64,000 nt of DNA from Candidatus Marinacidobacterales bacterium (GCA_965224085.1 CBDCYI010000004.1:1024001-1088000), one strand, 5' to 3'; counted from the stretch's first letter, positions 1 to 11,217 are shown. Numbers and translations: made by a program. Notes: generated by a model not told the origin, from the sequence alone.

Positions 1-898
1 ATCGAAGGGGGCGCGCAAGCTTTTCTCTACCGGGGTGGGGACCGCGTGGGGACGCTGAGCTTTCCGCCTCAGCCGAAGTTCTACGGGCGCTTCACCGACG
101 ATGGCATTCCCTACTGGAAAATCGCGCAGCTTCACGCGCACGACGTTCTCGCCACGACGGTGCTTCAGAACTGCATTCGCTACGCCGACGTCCGCACCCG
201 CTGCCAGTTCTGCGCCATCGGAGAGTCGCTCACCGCCGGACGTACCATCGCGCAAAAAACTCCGGAGCAACTAGCTGAGGTCGCCGAAGCCGCTCAACGA
301 TTGGACGGCGTGACCCATGTGGTCATGACGACTGGAACGCCGCCGACGCCCGACCGAGGTGCGGCTCTCTTGTGCGAGGCCGCCCGCGCCATCAAGAAAC
401 GCACGGGACTCCCGATTCAGGCGCAGTGCGAGCCACCGGAGCCCATGGACTGGTTCGCCCGGCTTCGTGACGCCGGGGTCGAATCACTGGGAATGCACTT
501 GGAGGCGTTCGATCCCGAAGTCCGCTCCCGCATCATGCCGAGCAAGGCGGAGCTCACAAATCGATTACTATTTCGAGGCCTACCGCGAGGCGGTATCGAT
601 CTTCGGCAAGGGGCAAGTGAGCACGTATCTTCTGGCCGGGCTCGGAGATTCCCGGGACGGCATTCTGGACGGTTGCCGCGAGCTCATCGAACTCGGCGTC
701 TACCCGTTCGTGGTCCCGTTCGTTCCGATTACCGGCACCCCGTACGCCGATCATCAGCCTCCGTCAGCCGAGCTCATGCAATCGATCCTTCAGCCACTGG
801 GCGACATGCTAACAGAGGCTGGGATGACCTCCGAGGAGATCAAGGCGGGCTGCGGCAAGTGCGGCGCGTGCTCGTCGTTGTCCACGTTCGAGAATTGA
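1..898 (+). CDS. MSMEG_0568-family radical SAM protein (5' partial; 1-nt frameshift at ~558-560)
   Basis: Frame 1 is open from base 1 and has QNCIRY...RCQFCAIG and VMTTGTPPTPDRGA. Removing one A from ACAAATC joins it to the frame ending VYPFVVPFVPITGTP...KAGCGKCGACSSLSTFEN, the typical C-terminus. Confidence 0.9.
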
Positions 899-904
899 TG
901 AGCG

Positions 905-1471
905 ATGATCGATTTGGATTTTGCTTCGTTCCTCCCGAGCGATTTCGTGTTCAAAATCGCTCGTTCCGAGGAGGAGCTTCGCGGTTTCTGGCGGCGCAGA
1001 ACCGAAATTTTTTGCGAAGAGCAAGGCCTGTTCGATGGGTCCGATCGGGACGAGTACGACGACACCATGATCCCCATCGTGTGCGTCTCACTGGTCATGG
1101 GTATGGAAGACCAGGTAGTGGGCATGGTTCGCATCGACGAGCGTGAGCCCGGACTCTGGTACGGAAGCCGCTTGGGCGTGCACCGAAACTACCGGCATCT
1201 CGCGCGCCTGAGCCACAGTGTGCCCCAGAGAAACCACCAGCCCGATTTCTACGGGGGCCGCTCCATCGGTGCGGGCCTCATCTACAAGGCAGTCTCGACC
1301 GCCAACGCACTCGGATGCCACACGTTTCTTGCTCAAGTTCAGGCGCAAAACGCGCCGTTTTTCCAGAAGCTGCATTGGCGCCCCATCCGAGAGATCGAGA
1401 TGCACGGCATCCCTCACGTAAAAATGCAGGCAGAGCTGGACTTCTACCCGCCGGCGGATCGGGTCTGCTGA
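905..1471 (+). CDS. MSMEG_0567/Sll0786-family GNAT acetyltransferase
   Basis: IFCEEQGLF..DRDEYD, VRIDEREPGLWYGSRLGV, LIYKAVSTANALGCHTFLAQVQAQN; directly follows the radical SAM gene. Confidence 0.85.
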   Translation: MIDLDFASFLPSDFVFKIARSEEELRGFWRRRTEIFCEEQGLFDGSDRDEYDDTMIPIVCVSLVMGMEDQVVGMVRIDEREPGLWYGSRLGVHRNYRHLARLSHSVPQRNHQPDFYGGRSIGAGLIYKAVSTANALGCHTFLAQVQAQNAPFFQKLHWRPIREIEMHGIPHVKMQAELDFYPPADRVC

Positions 1472-1487
1472 AGTTGGTGCCAACCCG

Positions 1488-1885
1488 GTGGCAACCGAGC
1501 TCGACGACGTCGTTCGATTCCTGGCCGACTCGCGAGCCGTTGCCGACAAGTTGGATATCCACGCCGCCTACGCGCCGGCTTTGGACACCGTTGGTGACGA
1601 TACCAGGATCGGAGACGATTGCGCCGCCATTCCGGATGGAAGCGGAGGCTCCCTGCTCTTTGCCGCGGAAGGTTTGCTGCAGCGTTTCGTCGTCGACGAC
1701 CCCTGGTTCGCGGGCTACAGCGCCGTGATGGTCAACCTCAGCGACGTCGCCGCCATGGGCGGACGCTCGCTGGCGATCGTCGACGTCATCTGGACGCCGG
1801 ATATGAACGAAAGCTCGGCGGTGTGGGACGGTATGAAAGAGGCAGCGGACGCGTATCGCATCCCGATCGTGGGAGGACACACGAT
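1488..1885 (+). pseudogene. Sll0787-family AIR synthase-related (PurM/SelD-fold) protein, N-terminal half only
   Basis: GDDCAAIP, LLFAAEG, DPWFAGYSAVMVNLSDVAAMGG, IVGGHT; resemblance ends right after GGHT. Confidence 0.8.
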
Positions 1886-2029
1886 CTCCGGGAGCCGCAT
1901 CGAAGCTCGAGAGCAACCGGCTTGCCTTCCCCAGGACGGCGGTCGCGAGATAGACCGGGCCCGGCTCGCGCGTGAGGGTACGTTCTCGCGAGCTGCGGCA
2001 GCGCAGTTCGCTTTTGGAGCTCGCATGGA

Positions 2030-2977
2030 TGGCGATCGCGACGTGATCTCGAAGCGACGACTCCGAACCATTCCCACTGCCTGAACTTCTATCATCCCGA
2101 AATGCAGGAAGTGATGATTGCCGCTGCGGAAAAGGCCGGTGCCGAAATCCGGCGCGGGGCGAAGGTTGTGGGAGTCGAGCCTGGAGCTCCGCCGAAGGTG
2201 AACGTATCCGCCGGCGAGACTCTAGAGGCCCGGCTAGTCGTGGGCGCCGATGGAAGAACGTCGAAAGTACGGGAATGGCTCGGGCTCGAGCGCAAACGCG
2301 ATCCGGAGCGTCTCATGGTCGTGGGCACCCTCTTGAGTGACACGAACGTGCCAGAAGAGTCGGTGCATATCCTCCGAAAATCGGATCAAGGCGAGGGAGT
2401 CTTGCTCTTCCCTCTCGGTGAAGGCCGGCTACGTGCGTATTTCATTTACCGCAAGACGGGCGAGCGCCGGGGTCTCAGCGGTGCGGCTCAAGTGCCCCGT
2501 TTCATCGACTTGCTACTGGGGCTCGACGTCCCGAGAGAGTGGATCGAGGACGCCAAGTCCGCCGGTCCTCTGGCCGAGTTCGACGGCTGCGACACGTGGG
2601 TCGAGCATCCACACAAGGACGGCGTCGTGCTCGTCGGCGATGCCTCGGGCGCGAACGATCCGTCTTGGGGCAACGGTTTGTCCCACACGCTCCACGACGT
2701 GCGCATCCTCAGAGATCAGCTCCTCGCGAACGAAGATTGGAGTCGTGCCGGGGACGAGTACGCCAAGGCATCGAGCGCCGATCTGAGAGCGCTCCGCAAC
2801 ATCACCGGGTGGCTCACCGACATCCTCTACGAGGTCGGCCCCGAGGCGGAAGCCAGACGGGAAAAAGCGTTCCCGCTCATCAGAAGCGACAAGAGCCGGT
2901 CTCCCGACTTCATTGCTCTCGGGCCGAAAGCACCGCACGACGAGACCGCCCGACGCCGTCTCTTCGGGGAGGAGTGA
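2030..2977 (+). CDS. FAD-dependent oxidoreductase/monooxygenase, N-terminus missing
   Basis: ARLVVGADGRTSKVR and VVLVGDASGANDPSWGNG motifs. The frame is open upstream of 2102, but there is no GxGxxG N-terminus. Confidence 0.75.
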   Translation, partial: WRSRRDLEATTPNHSHCLNFYHPEMQEVMIAAAEKAGAEIRRGAKVVGVEPGAPPKVNVSAGETLEARLVVGADGRTSKVREWLGLERKRDPERLMVVGTLLSDTNVPEESVHILRKSDQGEGVLLFPLGEGRLRAYFIYRKTGERRGLSGAAQVPRFIDLLLGLDVPREWIEDAKSAGPLAEFDGCDTWVEHPHKDGVVLVGDASGANDPSWGNGLSHTLHDVRILRDQLLANEDWSRAGDEYAKASSADLRALRNITGWLTDILYEVGPEAEARREKAFPLIRSDKSRSPDFIALGPKAPHDETARRRLFGEE

Positions 2978-3031
2978 CGGACCCAGACTCATGCCCGATA
3001 GCCAAGAGCCGCCGCCCTTTGCCAAGCTCCA

Positions 3032-3340
3032 TCAACTGAGCACGGGTGTCTCGTCCTCGTGGAGATGGTGTTCCCCGCGGGGGACGAACCGATTTTCCGC
3101 AAGCTCCTCGACCTCGAGAGGCTTCGTGAGCGTCGGCGGACGGGAGCGGACCGAAGAAGAATAACGAGAGCTTTCTCGCTCAGGCCGGAAGATTGCGAAC
3201 GAGGCTGGTAGGGTCCAGCAAATGAGCGTCAGGATGAACGTGCCCTCCAAGGCCCCGAGAAGAAGCCCCGCGACGCCAGCGAAGATATAGTGCGTCCCCA
3301 AATCCAGCGCCGCCTCGACACCGGCGGCAACTGCACCGTC
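3032..3340 (-). pseudogene. C-terminal fragment of an unidentified membrane protein
   Basis: Hydrophobic IFAGVAGLLLGALEGTFILTLICW; no credible start; abuts a junction at ~3340. Confidence 0.3.
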
Positions 3341-4185
3341 CATCGCTCGCCCCGCCGGTACACACCCAAAGTTCCGTAGTGTTGATAACCGGGCTCCCCG
3401 TGCTCCGCGAGCACCAGCCGGGCGATCTCGCCGCTCGTGAAAAAAATCACGTCATGCCAGAAGCGCTCGGGTTCTTCACCGCCCACCGCCTGGAACGCGT
3501 CGCGCGGCCGGGCGCGAAGCGGTTGCTCGAGCGGATCGGTGTGCGATGCCTCATGGAAGATCATTTTGAGACCTTGCGGCATCTGGTTGCCGCGCGGAAC
3601 GCTCGAGATCGTAAGGCGCCCGCCGGTGGAATACGCACCCACGGCATTGGCGTAGACCATAACGTCGACGGGGATGGTCGTGTCGGGCCAACTGCCGCCG
3701 TACGCCGCGTCGAAGCGGGCGATCATCTGCTCCTCGACGGCACCGAGGGTTGGGAAGACCGACTCGATCCATGTCCGGTTCCGGGCATCGTGCGCCGGCC
3801 ACCAGTGACGCTCGAAGATAGGGCGCGCGAGCTCGACCGCGTCGGCAAGCGGCCGGTCCGCAGTGGGGATGGCGTCGCGAGGCCCTGCTCCTGCGGCCCA
3901 GTCGCGCGCGGCCACCAGGCCTTCGTCGAACAGCAGGCTCCGGCCGAGCGTCGCGGCATAGCTCTCGACGGCTGCTGACCACGCACGCTGTTCCTGCGCG
4001 TCGAGCACGGATTGCCAATCGTCGCGCTCGGCGAGCTGCACTGCATAAGGCGGCCACTCGCCGGCTTCGGCACTCGCCCAATCAATGAGAAAGTGGTGAA
4101 GGGCAACGCGGGGTTCGCTGCGGAGCTCGAACCCTGCCGTCGCCGCGACCGACCACACTGGCCTGCTGCGCCGCTGTTGCTCCAT
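3340..4185 (-). CDS. Hypothetical protein with HExxH (zincin-like) motif
   Basis: Long host-like ORF with MIFHEASH followed by FWHDVIFFTSGE; the 3' end appears joined to unrelated sequence. Confidence 0.6.
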
Positions 4186-4363
4186 CGGATTGGAACCCGA
4201 CCGTCAAACCGACGACGATTGCGAGAAATGCCATCACTCCTCCATTGCGAACGCAGTATACAACATGGTTACAGGCGTTGGTGCTAAATCGAAAGTGCCG
4301 ACCAAGATCAGGAGAGCGGTTTTGTTGACTTGCAACACGCGCGTCGACTATGTTTCTTAGCTT

Positions 4364-5902
4364 ATGCCGGACTCCAAGATTCGTCGCTCGTCGTCGCCTC
4401 CGCAGTCCCCTCGCGGCTCGGTCAAGCTCACCCGGCGCCAGCTTCTCGCCGGCGCCGGCGCCGCGGCTCTCCTTCTCGAGCAACGCGGCCTCGAGGCTCA
4501 GGCGACGTCGAGCGGGACCGTCGTCTTCTCTCATACAACCGTGGTGAATGTCGATGCCGTTCAACACGACATGGCGCTTGCTGTCGAAGGCGACAAGATC
4601 GTGGCGATCGGCCATACCGACGCCATCCTTGAAACGTATCGCCAAGCGGAGGTCTACGACGGACGGGGGAAAGCCCTCCTCCCGGGCCTCATCAATTGCC
4701 ATGCCCATCTCGCGGCGACCCTCGCTCGTGGTTTCAACGAGGACTTCGGATTCCCCAACAGCTATCGCCTGGACATCCGGCCTAGAAGTCTCCTTTCCGA
4801 AGAGGAGGCCACGCTGATGGCAGTGATGGGTGCTCTGGAATCCATACGGGGCGGGGTCACTACGGTTGTGGAGTATACCGGCGCCATCGGCCGGTCGGCA
4901 GCGGCGTTGGCGGACACGGGCCTGCGCTGGGTGTTCGCGGAGTCCGTCCGCGACGTCGAGAACGGTGCTGGTCCTTTGTCCGCGGAGAGCCTCGCCCAGA
5001 GCGAAGCCCCCAGGTTCTCTCCCAAGTTGCGAGAGGAGGGCTTAGAGAGCGCCCACGACTTGTTCGCCAATTGGCACGGCGCGAGGCAGGGACGCATCAG
5101 CGTTTTCCCGACAACGGCGCTCGCCGAGGACTCATCGCCCGAGCTCCTGCACGCCGTCCGCGACTTCGCGGAGAAGAACGATCTCGGATACACGATCCAC
5201 TTGGCCCAGAGTACCTGGGAGGTGGAATACATGCTGCGACACCACGGCCTTCGCCCTTCGGAGTATCTCGCCAAGCACGACTTCCTCGGCCCCCGGCTGT
5301 TTGCGGCGCACTGCCGCTACGTCGACGATTCCGAGATCGCGTTGCTTGGCCGCTCCGGCACGATCATTTCGCATCAGGCTCACATGGCAGCGAACCGAGG
5401 GGTCATCCCGCCCATCGCCGCCCTACGAGCGGCGGGCTGCCCCATCGCTCAGGGCACCGACAACAATACTAACGACATGCTGGAGACCATGCGGATCGCT
5501 CTGGTAACGGAACGCATCCAGCGCGACGATGCGACACCCGGTAGCCAGCCTCAGCCAGAAGACATGCTCGCAGACACAGTACAAGGGGGCGCGCGAGCCG
5601 TGCGGCAGGAAGCTCTCCTCGGCTCGCTCGAGGTCGGCAAGAAGGCAGACCTCATTGTCCTGGACACTCAGCGGGCCCACCTCGTACCGGCGGGGCGCAT
5701 CTTGTCCGCGTGGATCAACAACGGTCAACCGTCCGATGTCGAGTCGGTCCTGGTCGATGGCGAGTTCGTCATGCGCGACCGCAAGATTCTCACGGTGGAT
5801 GAGGCAAGCCTCATCGCCGAAGCCGACAAGATTGGGCGGCGGATCTGGAGTCAGGTGGAGGCAGCCAGCCCTGTTACGGTGCCGCGCCTACCGCGCTCGT
5901 AG
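4364..5902 (+). CDS. Tat-exported amidohydrolase (Atz/Trz/MtaD-like)
   Basis: TRRQLL signal, PGLINCHAH, TIHLAQ, AAHC, GTDN, GSLEVGKKADL. Confidence 0.9.
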   Translation: MPDSKIRRSSSPPQSPRGSVKLTRRQLLAGAGAAALLLEQRGLEAQATSSGTVVFSHTTVVNVDAVQHDMALAVEGDKIVAIGHTDAILETYRQAEVYDGRGKALLPGLINCHAHLAATLARGFNEDFGFPNSYRLDIRPRSLLSEEEATLMAVMGALESIRGGVTTVVEYTGAIGRSAAALADTGLRWVFAESVRDVENGAGPLSAESLAQSEAPRFSPKLREEGLESAHDLFANWHGARQGRISVFPTTALAEDSSPELLHAVRDFAEKNDLGYTIHLAQSTWEVEYMLRHHGLRPSEYLAKHDFLGPRLFAAHCRYVDDSEIALLGRSGTIISHQAHMAANRGVIPPIAALRAAGCPIAQGTDNNTNDMLETMRIALVTERIQRDDATPGSQPQPEDMLADTVQGGARAVRQEALLGSLEVGKKADLIVLDTQRAHLVPAGRILSAWINNGQPSDVESVLVDGEFVMRDRKILTVDEASLIAEADKIGRRIWSQVEAASPVTVPRLPRS

Positions 5903-6038
5903 CGTTCCCCGATCGACAACACCGGTCCCGAGCTGAACGCGGTCATCACGCTGAATCCGGACGCGCTCGAGAGGGGGCGTGCTCTCGATGCCGAGCGGAG
6001 GAGCCGCGGGCCGCGCTCTCCCCTTCGCGGGATCCCGG

Positions 6039-7200
6039 TCAGCCGGAACGCAGCCATTTCTTCCCTGTTGCGAACCAGCAGGAGATCGCCGACAAGGACC
6101 GGCTGGTTCCACGTCTTGCCTTCGATTGCCGGGAACCGCGCGAGCTCCGTGAACTGGTTGGCGGCCGCCGCGACCAACGCCAGCTCACCTTGCTCGGACA
6201 CCACCAGCAGCAAGTCCTGGTCGGGCAAGAGCACGAGCTGGCCGCTGCCGTAGCGTCCGCCCTTCCACTTGCGCTTGCCGTCCTCGACGTCCATGCACGC
6301 GAGGATGCGGCCGTCGAAGCCGAAGGCATGGCCTTCGTGAACGACGAAGGCGCTGAAGGAGGGCTTCAGACGGTTCGACGTCCAGCGTTCTTCGATGGTC
6401 CGCTGATCATGCTGATCAGGACGTCGCCGTCCGCGGTCAGTGCCGGCTGCACAATGCCGACGCCCGGCCACGCGTGCTCCCAGACAAGCGTGCCATCGGC
6501 CGGCGCGACGCTGGTCGCGCCGGAATGGCTCATCAGCAGGATCTGGGCGATTCCATCGAGCGTCACTAGATCCATCCGCCGGGTTCGTGCGCGATCGCGA
6601 TGCGACGCGTGCCGATTGGAACGGCGCTGTCAGAGCGCCGTCACGGGCGTCGAGCGCGTTCAGGATTCCGGTCGCACCGAATGTGTATACGCGACCGTCG
6701 CTGAGGGCCGGCGTCGCGCGCGGACCGGCGCCGACATGCGAGTCCCAGAACCGGGTCCGGTCGCGGTGCCTCCACACCGGCTCACCGGTCGTCAGTTTGT
6801 AGCAAGCGACGACCTCGTCACCGCCGCGCTGCTCCTGGGTGTAGAGGAGGTCACCGTGGACCGCGAAGGAAGAAACGCCCGGTCCGATGGGCCGGCGCCA
6901 CAGCTCGACCGGCGGCGACTTCGACCAGTCGGTCTCGATCCGCACGCCGGGGATGATGCCGTCGCGATCGGGTCCGCGAAAGCCGGGCCAGTCAGCTCCA
7001 TTCTTCGCCGTTGCCGGAGCTGACGGGAGCGCCGCCGGCTCTTGTATCAAGTCGGGCATCACGTCCGGGGCTTTGGCCAAGAGCCGCTCCTCGGCGGTCT
7101 CCGCCCACCGCCACGCGAACTCCGCAGCGCCATCGCCGGTTATGCCCTTGCTCCGGACGAGCGTAAACACGCCGCACGCGAGCAGGATCGTCGCGACCAT
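6039..7200 (-). pseudogene. PQQ-like/BamB-like beta-propeller, paralog B (no N-terminus, internal deletions and frameshifts)
   Basis: [13 protein letters not shown]...ELWRRPIGPGVSS, GAGPRATP, RKWKGGRYGSGQ, IEGKTWNQPVL; pieces lie in different frames at 6366-6650. Confidence 0.75.
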
Positions 7201-8085
7201 CGGTGGCGCCGAACGTGTAGACGCGACCGTCTCTGAGTGTCGGCGTTCCGCGCGGACCAGCGCCGCCGTTAGACTCGTAGAACCGGACCGCGTCGCCGTG
7301 TCGCCACACCGGCTCGCCAGTTCGTGCGTGGTAGCAAGCGACGATCTCTGCGTCACCGCGTTGCTCTTGCGTGTATAGGAGGTCGCCGCTCACCGCGAAA
7401 GACGACCATCCCGGTCGATCGGCCGGCGCCACAGCTCGACGGGTGGCGACTTGGACCAGTCGGTCTCGATGCGCACGCCGGGGATGACGCCGTCGCGCCG
7501 GGGTCCGCGAAATCCAGGCCAGTCGGCTTCCGTTGCGGTCGCCGACGCGGTCGGCTCGGCCATCTCGTCCGGAGCGTGCGCGAGAAGACGCTCTTCCGAA
7601 GTCTTCGACCACCGCCACGCGAAATCCGAATGAACGTCGCCGGTAATGCCGCCCGTCCGGAGGAGCGTCCACACGCCGCACGCGAGCAGGATGGTCGCCG
7701 CCATCGACACCCACCGAGCTCCGCCGGTGCGACGACGCGTGGCCACCGCCCAGGCGACGAACGCGAGGCTCAGGAACGGGATCGCGTACATGTAGAACAA
7801 CATCCCCTGCCCCGCCGTCGCCATCGACACGTCGAGGAATCGCGGTGTTGCCGCGAGTGCTATGACCATAAGGACGACGGCCCCCACCCGCTCGGACCAC
7901 GGCGCGCGGCTTACGAACACCCACCACACGACGACGAGCAATCCGCCGGCGAATCCGCTCACTACGCCGAACGGGAGGGCCTCGGGTACGAAATGGGGGA
8001 CGCCGTACCTGGCGACCCACTGCAGAAACACGATGAGCACGCCGGGCCACACCCGGGGCGGTTTCTGAAGAGTCGGTTCGTTCAA
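7200..8085 (-). pseudogene. Membrane-anchored PQQ-like beta-propeller, paralog A (frameshift ~7420, truncated ~7200)
   Basis: Several TM helices, then [13 protein letters not shown]...ELWRRPI; continues in another frame as [19 protein letters not shown]...GAGP-type blade. Confidence 0.75.
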
Positions 8086-8115
8086 ACCATTCCTCCCGTT
8101 CGATTCGGAACGTGT

Positions 8116-8589
8116 TTATGCGGTGCTCGCGGCGGGCGCTCGCTTCCGCATGACGGCGATAACGATCCCGCCCAGAATCGCCCCGACAACCGTAATCGCA
8201 AGGGTGGTCAGCACCAGATTCTGGAGCGGGATCAGTAGATAGCCTTCGACAGCTGTGATGCCTTCTCCGATCACCCCGCCGTGTTCGACGAGAAACCTGG
8301 GAGCGCTCCACGAGAGGGCGAAAGCCGCCGTGTACGTCAGGGCGACGAGAATGCGGATGAGTAACACGAAGACGGCGAGCGTTTTCAGGAACGCGACGAA
8401 GGGCTTGGCCTCGCCCGACTTCGTGATCTTGACTGCGAAGTAGAACGGTATGAGCAAGCAGAGCCACGCCACCCCGAAGATTTGGTTCAGCCCGTGAGGT
8501 GCCCCAGCCTGCTCTAGGATGATGCGCGCGACCATGATGATCACAGCGATGATGAGAGGGACTTTGATGAGGGATCTAATATCGGTCAC
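8116..8589 (-). CDS. Four-TM hypothetical membrane protein
   Basis: Clean 157-aa hydrophobic ORF with strong SD (AAGGAGG) before GTG. Confidence 0.75.
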   Translation of the reverse strand: MTDIRSLIKVPLIIAVIIMVARIILEQAGAPHGLNQIFGVAWLCLLIPFYFAVKITKSGEAKPFVAFLKTLAVFVLLIRILVALTYTAAFALSWSAPRFLVEHGGVIGEGITAVEGYLLIPLQNLVLTTLAITVVGAILGGIVIAVMRKRAPAASTA

Positions 8590-8639
8590 TGGACAACCTC
8601 CTTATCCCCACGACGATAGCCGACGCGCCGAAGCGTGGG

Positions 8640-8752
8640 TTCGTATTCCTTCCGGAAGTCGGTGGATGATGTTGTCGCCGTGAGCTTGCGCCAGCCTCAG
8701 CCGCCGCCAGCAGCAAAAGATCCAGATGCTTTTTCAACGTCTCCTTCTCCAT
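8640..8752 (-). pseudogene. PadR-family regulator remnant
   Basis: Reads MEKETLKKHLDLLLLAAAEAG then, frameshifted, HGDNIIHRL. Resembles PadR N-terminus LKGHLDLLLL..L..GP.HGY.II. Confidence 0.6.
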
Positions 8753-8844
8753 ACCTCGGGCTACTACACCTCGCTATACGATGTATACCAGAAAAAGGTT
8801 CAGTTTTTCCTCGGCATGCCGTCGCCGATCGGTTCGTGAGCGCC

Positions 8845-8985
8845 GACCGGTCTCCCGGCCTTCGACGCGACGAGTGGAGCCAGGCTGAAGAGGAGCGCGG
8901 ACAGCCATGCGAGACTGAGCGTGAACCTGGAAACGCCACCGTCAATGGCAACGTCCTTGATGCGGGGGATGGTCTCCAGGCGGAG
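8845..8985 (-). pseudogene. ADOP/FtsX-like ABC permease internal remnant
   Basis: IPRIKDVAIDGGVSRFTLSLAWLSALLFSLAP matches the ADOP PR...V.ID..V..FT...LFGLAP segment. Confidence 0.5.
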
Positions 8986-9032
8986 CGTCGTGTGTACGCC
9001 GAGGTGCGCGAGTCAGGACGCTGGTCGGATCG

Positions 9033-9719
9033 TTGACTGCGATCCTAGTGGCCCATGCTTTGCTACCATCGAAATATGACCCTATTTGTTCGCTTTGTTG
9101 CGTTGCCACCGCCGCGCTGGTCTTCGCGGGAGAAGCGCACGACTGGAGCCTGGTCCCCGAGAAACGTGCCGGTCCGATCACGGTGACGACCGATCGTGCG
9201 GAGCTCGTGCGAATCTTCGGCGCCGACCAAGTGCAGGATCGCCCGTTTTACGTCGCTGAAGGGTTTTGCGTTCCCGGGGCTGTGATCCTGGCGGGAACGG
9301 CGGACGAGGCCGACATCGCCTGGCGTGACGGCGGCCCGGGCGTGGCGTGGGTACGGGTTACGCAACCCGATGGGCGTTGGGTGACGACCGCAGGCATTCG
9401 CGTCGGGACCACGCTCGCGGAGCTCGAGCGCCTGAACAGCGGTCCGTTCATGTTCTCCGGCTTCGGGTGGGTCTATGGTGGCGGTATCGGCGGGTGGAAC
9501 GGCGGGAGGCTCGACGAGACACAGGGCACTGGGATCGGGGTGCGGCTCGACGCTGACAACGACGCGGTCACGATGCTGAGCCGCGAAGGCGCTGTCGACG
9601 AGTTGTTCGGCGACCAGACCGTGCGTTCGGACCATCCCTTGGCTCGGCGTGCCGGTATCCGGGTCACGACTCTCCTAGTCCGGCTGAGCGCCCCACCGGA
9701 CGAAGAGCCGTGCGAGTGA
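9033..9719 (+). CDS. Hypothetical exported protein
   Basis: 228-aa ORF with a signal-like segment; GIRVGTTLAELERLN.GPF.FSGFGW.YGG. Confidence 0.6.
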   Translation: MTAILVAHALLPSKYDPICSLCCVATAALVFAGEAHDWSLVPEKRAGPITVTTDRAELVRIFGADQVQDRPFYVAEGFCVPGAVILAGTADEADIAWRDGGPGVAWVRVTQPDGRWVTTAGIRVGTTLAELERLNSGPFMFSGFGWVYGGGIGGWNGGRLDETQGTGIGVRLDADNDAVTMLSREGAVDELFGDQTVRSDHPLARRAGIRVTTLLVRLSAPPDEEPCE

Positions 9720-9926
9720 ATTAGAAAGGAGCCGGTGGAACGCGACGCACTTGGCCGGCGCCGCATCGCGCAGCAAGGGCGACGTCGCGAGTTCGGAATG
9801 TGAATAAACGTTCTGGGAGTAGCGATAGCGCGTCGCGAATCGGCGTGATCGGAATAACCCGAAGTCGAGGGCCCAGACGTGGTCGCCTGACCCCAGCCTC
9901 TGCTCGACCCTGCCAAGTGGCTTCCA

Positions 9927-10965
9927 TCACTTCCCTTTTGCGAGATATCTCTCGTACGCTGCGAGCGACGAGCCGAAGCTGTCGCGGCCAAAGCCAAACC
10001 GCACATGGGTGTCGCTATATCCGAGAAAAGAGCTCGGTAGCAGAACGATCCCGGCTTCCTTGGCGAGCGTATGGCAATATTCCTTCGCGGACGCCACGTC
10101 CACGCCGACGAGGGCGACCGAGCCTGCTTGCGGCCTTCGCCAGTCGAAGAAGCCCGCATGCTGCTCGAAGAAGGCGTCGGCGAGGGCGACATTAGTGTGA
10201 AGTCGCCTCGAGTTGCGCTCGACGAGCTTGTCGCGCGCTTCGAGAGCCGCCATCGCGAGTGTTTCTGACGGAGCCGGCGGGCAAATGCTCGTGTAATATT
10301 TCCAGTTCAAAAGGTTGTCGTAGAGCTCACGGTCACGCGCGACGAGCCACCCGAAACGTAGGCCCGGCAAGCCGTAGGTCTTCGATAGCCCAGACAAGAC
10401 GATGGCACGCTCGTAGTGATCCGCCGCCGATGGCAGCATAGAAGCGCCATCGAGCTCGAGCCCGCGATACATCTCGTCGCTGAAAAGCCAGAGGCCCTTT
10501 TCACGCACGCGCTCGAGGATCTGGTAGTACTGCGTCTCGGTCGGTAGAAAGCCCGTCGGGTTTTGTGGGAAGTTGATCACGAGGAGCTTCGTGGGTGGTT
10601 TTAGGAGCGCGTCCAGCTTGTCGAAGTCCAGCGCCCATCCACCTTCGACGGGCTCGAGCATCCAGAACTCGACGTTGCCTGAGACGTGCGCGGGTATGTT
10701 GTGCAAAGCGTCGTAGCACGGCCCAACAACGACGGCGCGTTCGCCAGGCTCCAGGAGCTCCTCCATCGCGATGTAGATGCCTTCGATGGGCGCGCTGAGC
10801 TCTAGGATGGCTTCCGCGTCCACGTGCTCGTAGCCCGCCGCGATCGCGGCTCGGAGCTCCAGGCGGCCCCGCGACTCGGTGTAGCCAAGACGCGTTCGAC
10901 CTAGATCCTCCATGGTTCGCCCGGCGAGCGCCAAAAGCTCCACGATGCTGACGGTCTCGCAGTCA
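9927..10965 (-). CDS. PLP aminotransferase class I/II (VioD-like), extreme N-terminus missing
   Basis: DCETVSI.ELL, LGYTESRG, INFPQNPTG, FSDEMYRG, LSKTYGLPGLRFGW. Confidence 0.88.
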
Positions 10966-11217
10966 AGGTGCGATTCTCATGACGTGTAAGTCTATCTTGC
11001 TCGACTCGAGGCGCGCCCTACGATCGATGCGTACGTTCGTCGACAAACGCGCGGAAACGTCTCAACTCGACGCTTAGAGCTCCCGTTTCGCTAGAGGTTT
11101 CTTTTGCTGTCGAACGGGTCGGAGCCGACGTTACCGAGTAGGCGGACGGCGATAGAGCTCGAACCCCCATTTGCGTTCTCAACAAGCGGGCTATAGGGTC
11201 CCGATCTTGGAGGGGGA

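Noticed and set aside
1469-1490. TGA ending the GNAT (VC-TGA) as Sec read-through fusing to the AIR-synthase gene
   Set aside because: GTG 1488 is out of frame by one base, and no SECIS-like hairpin or conserved Cys position is evident
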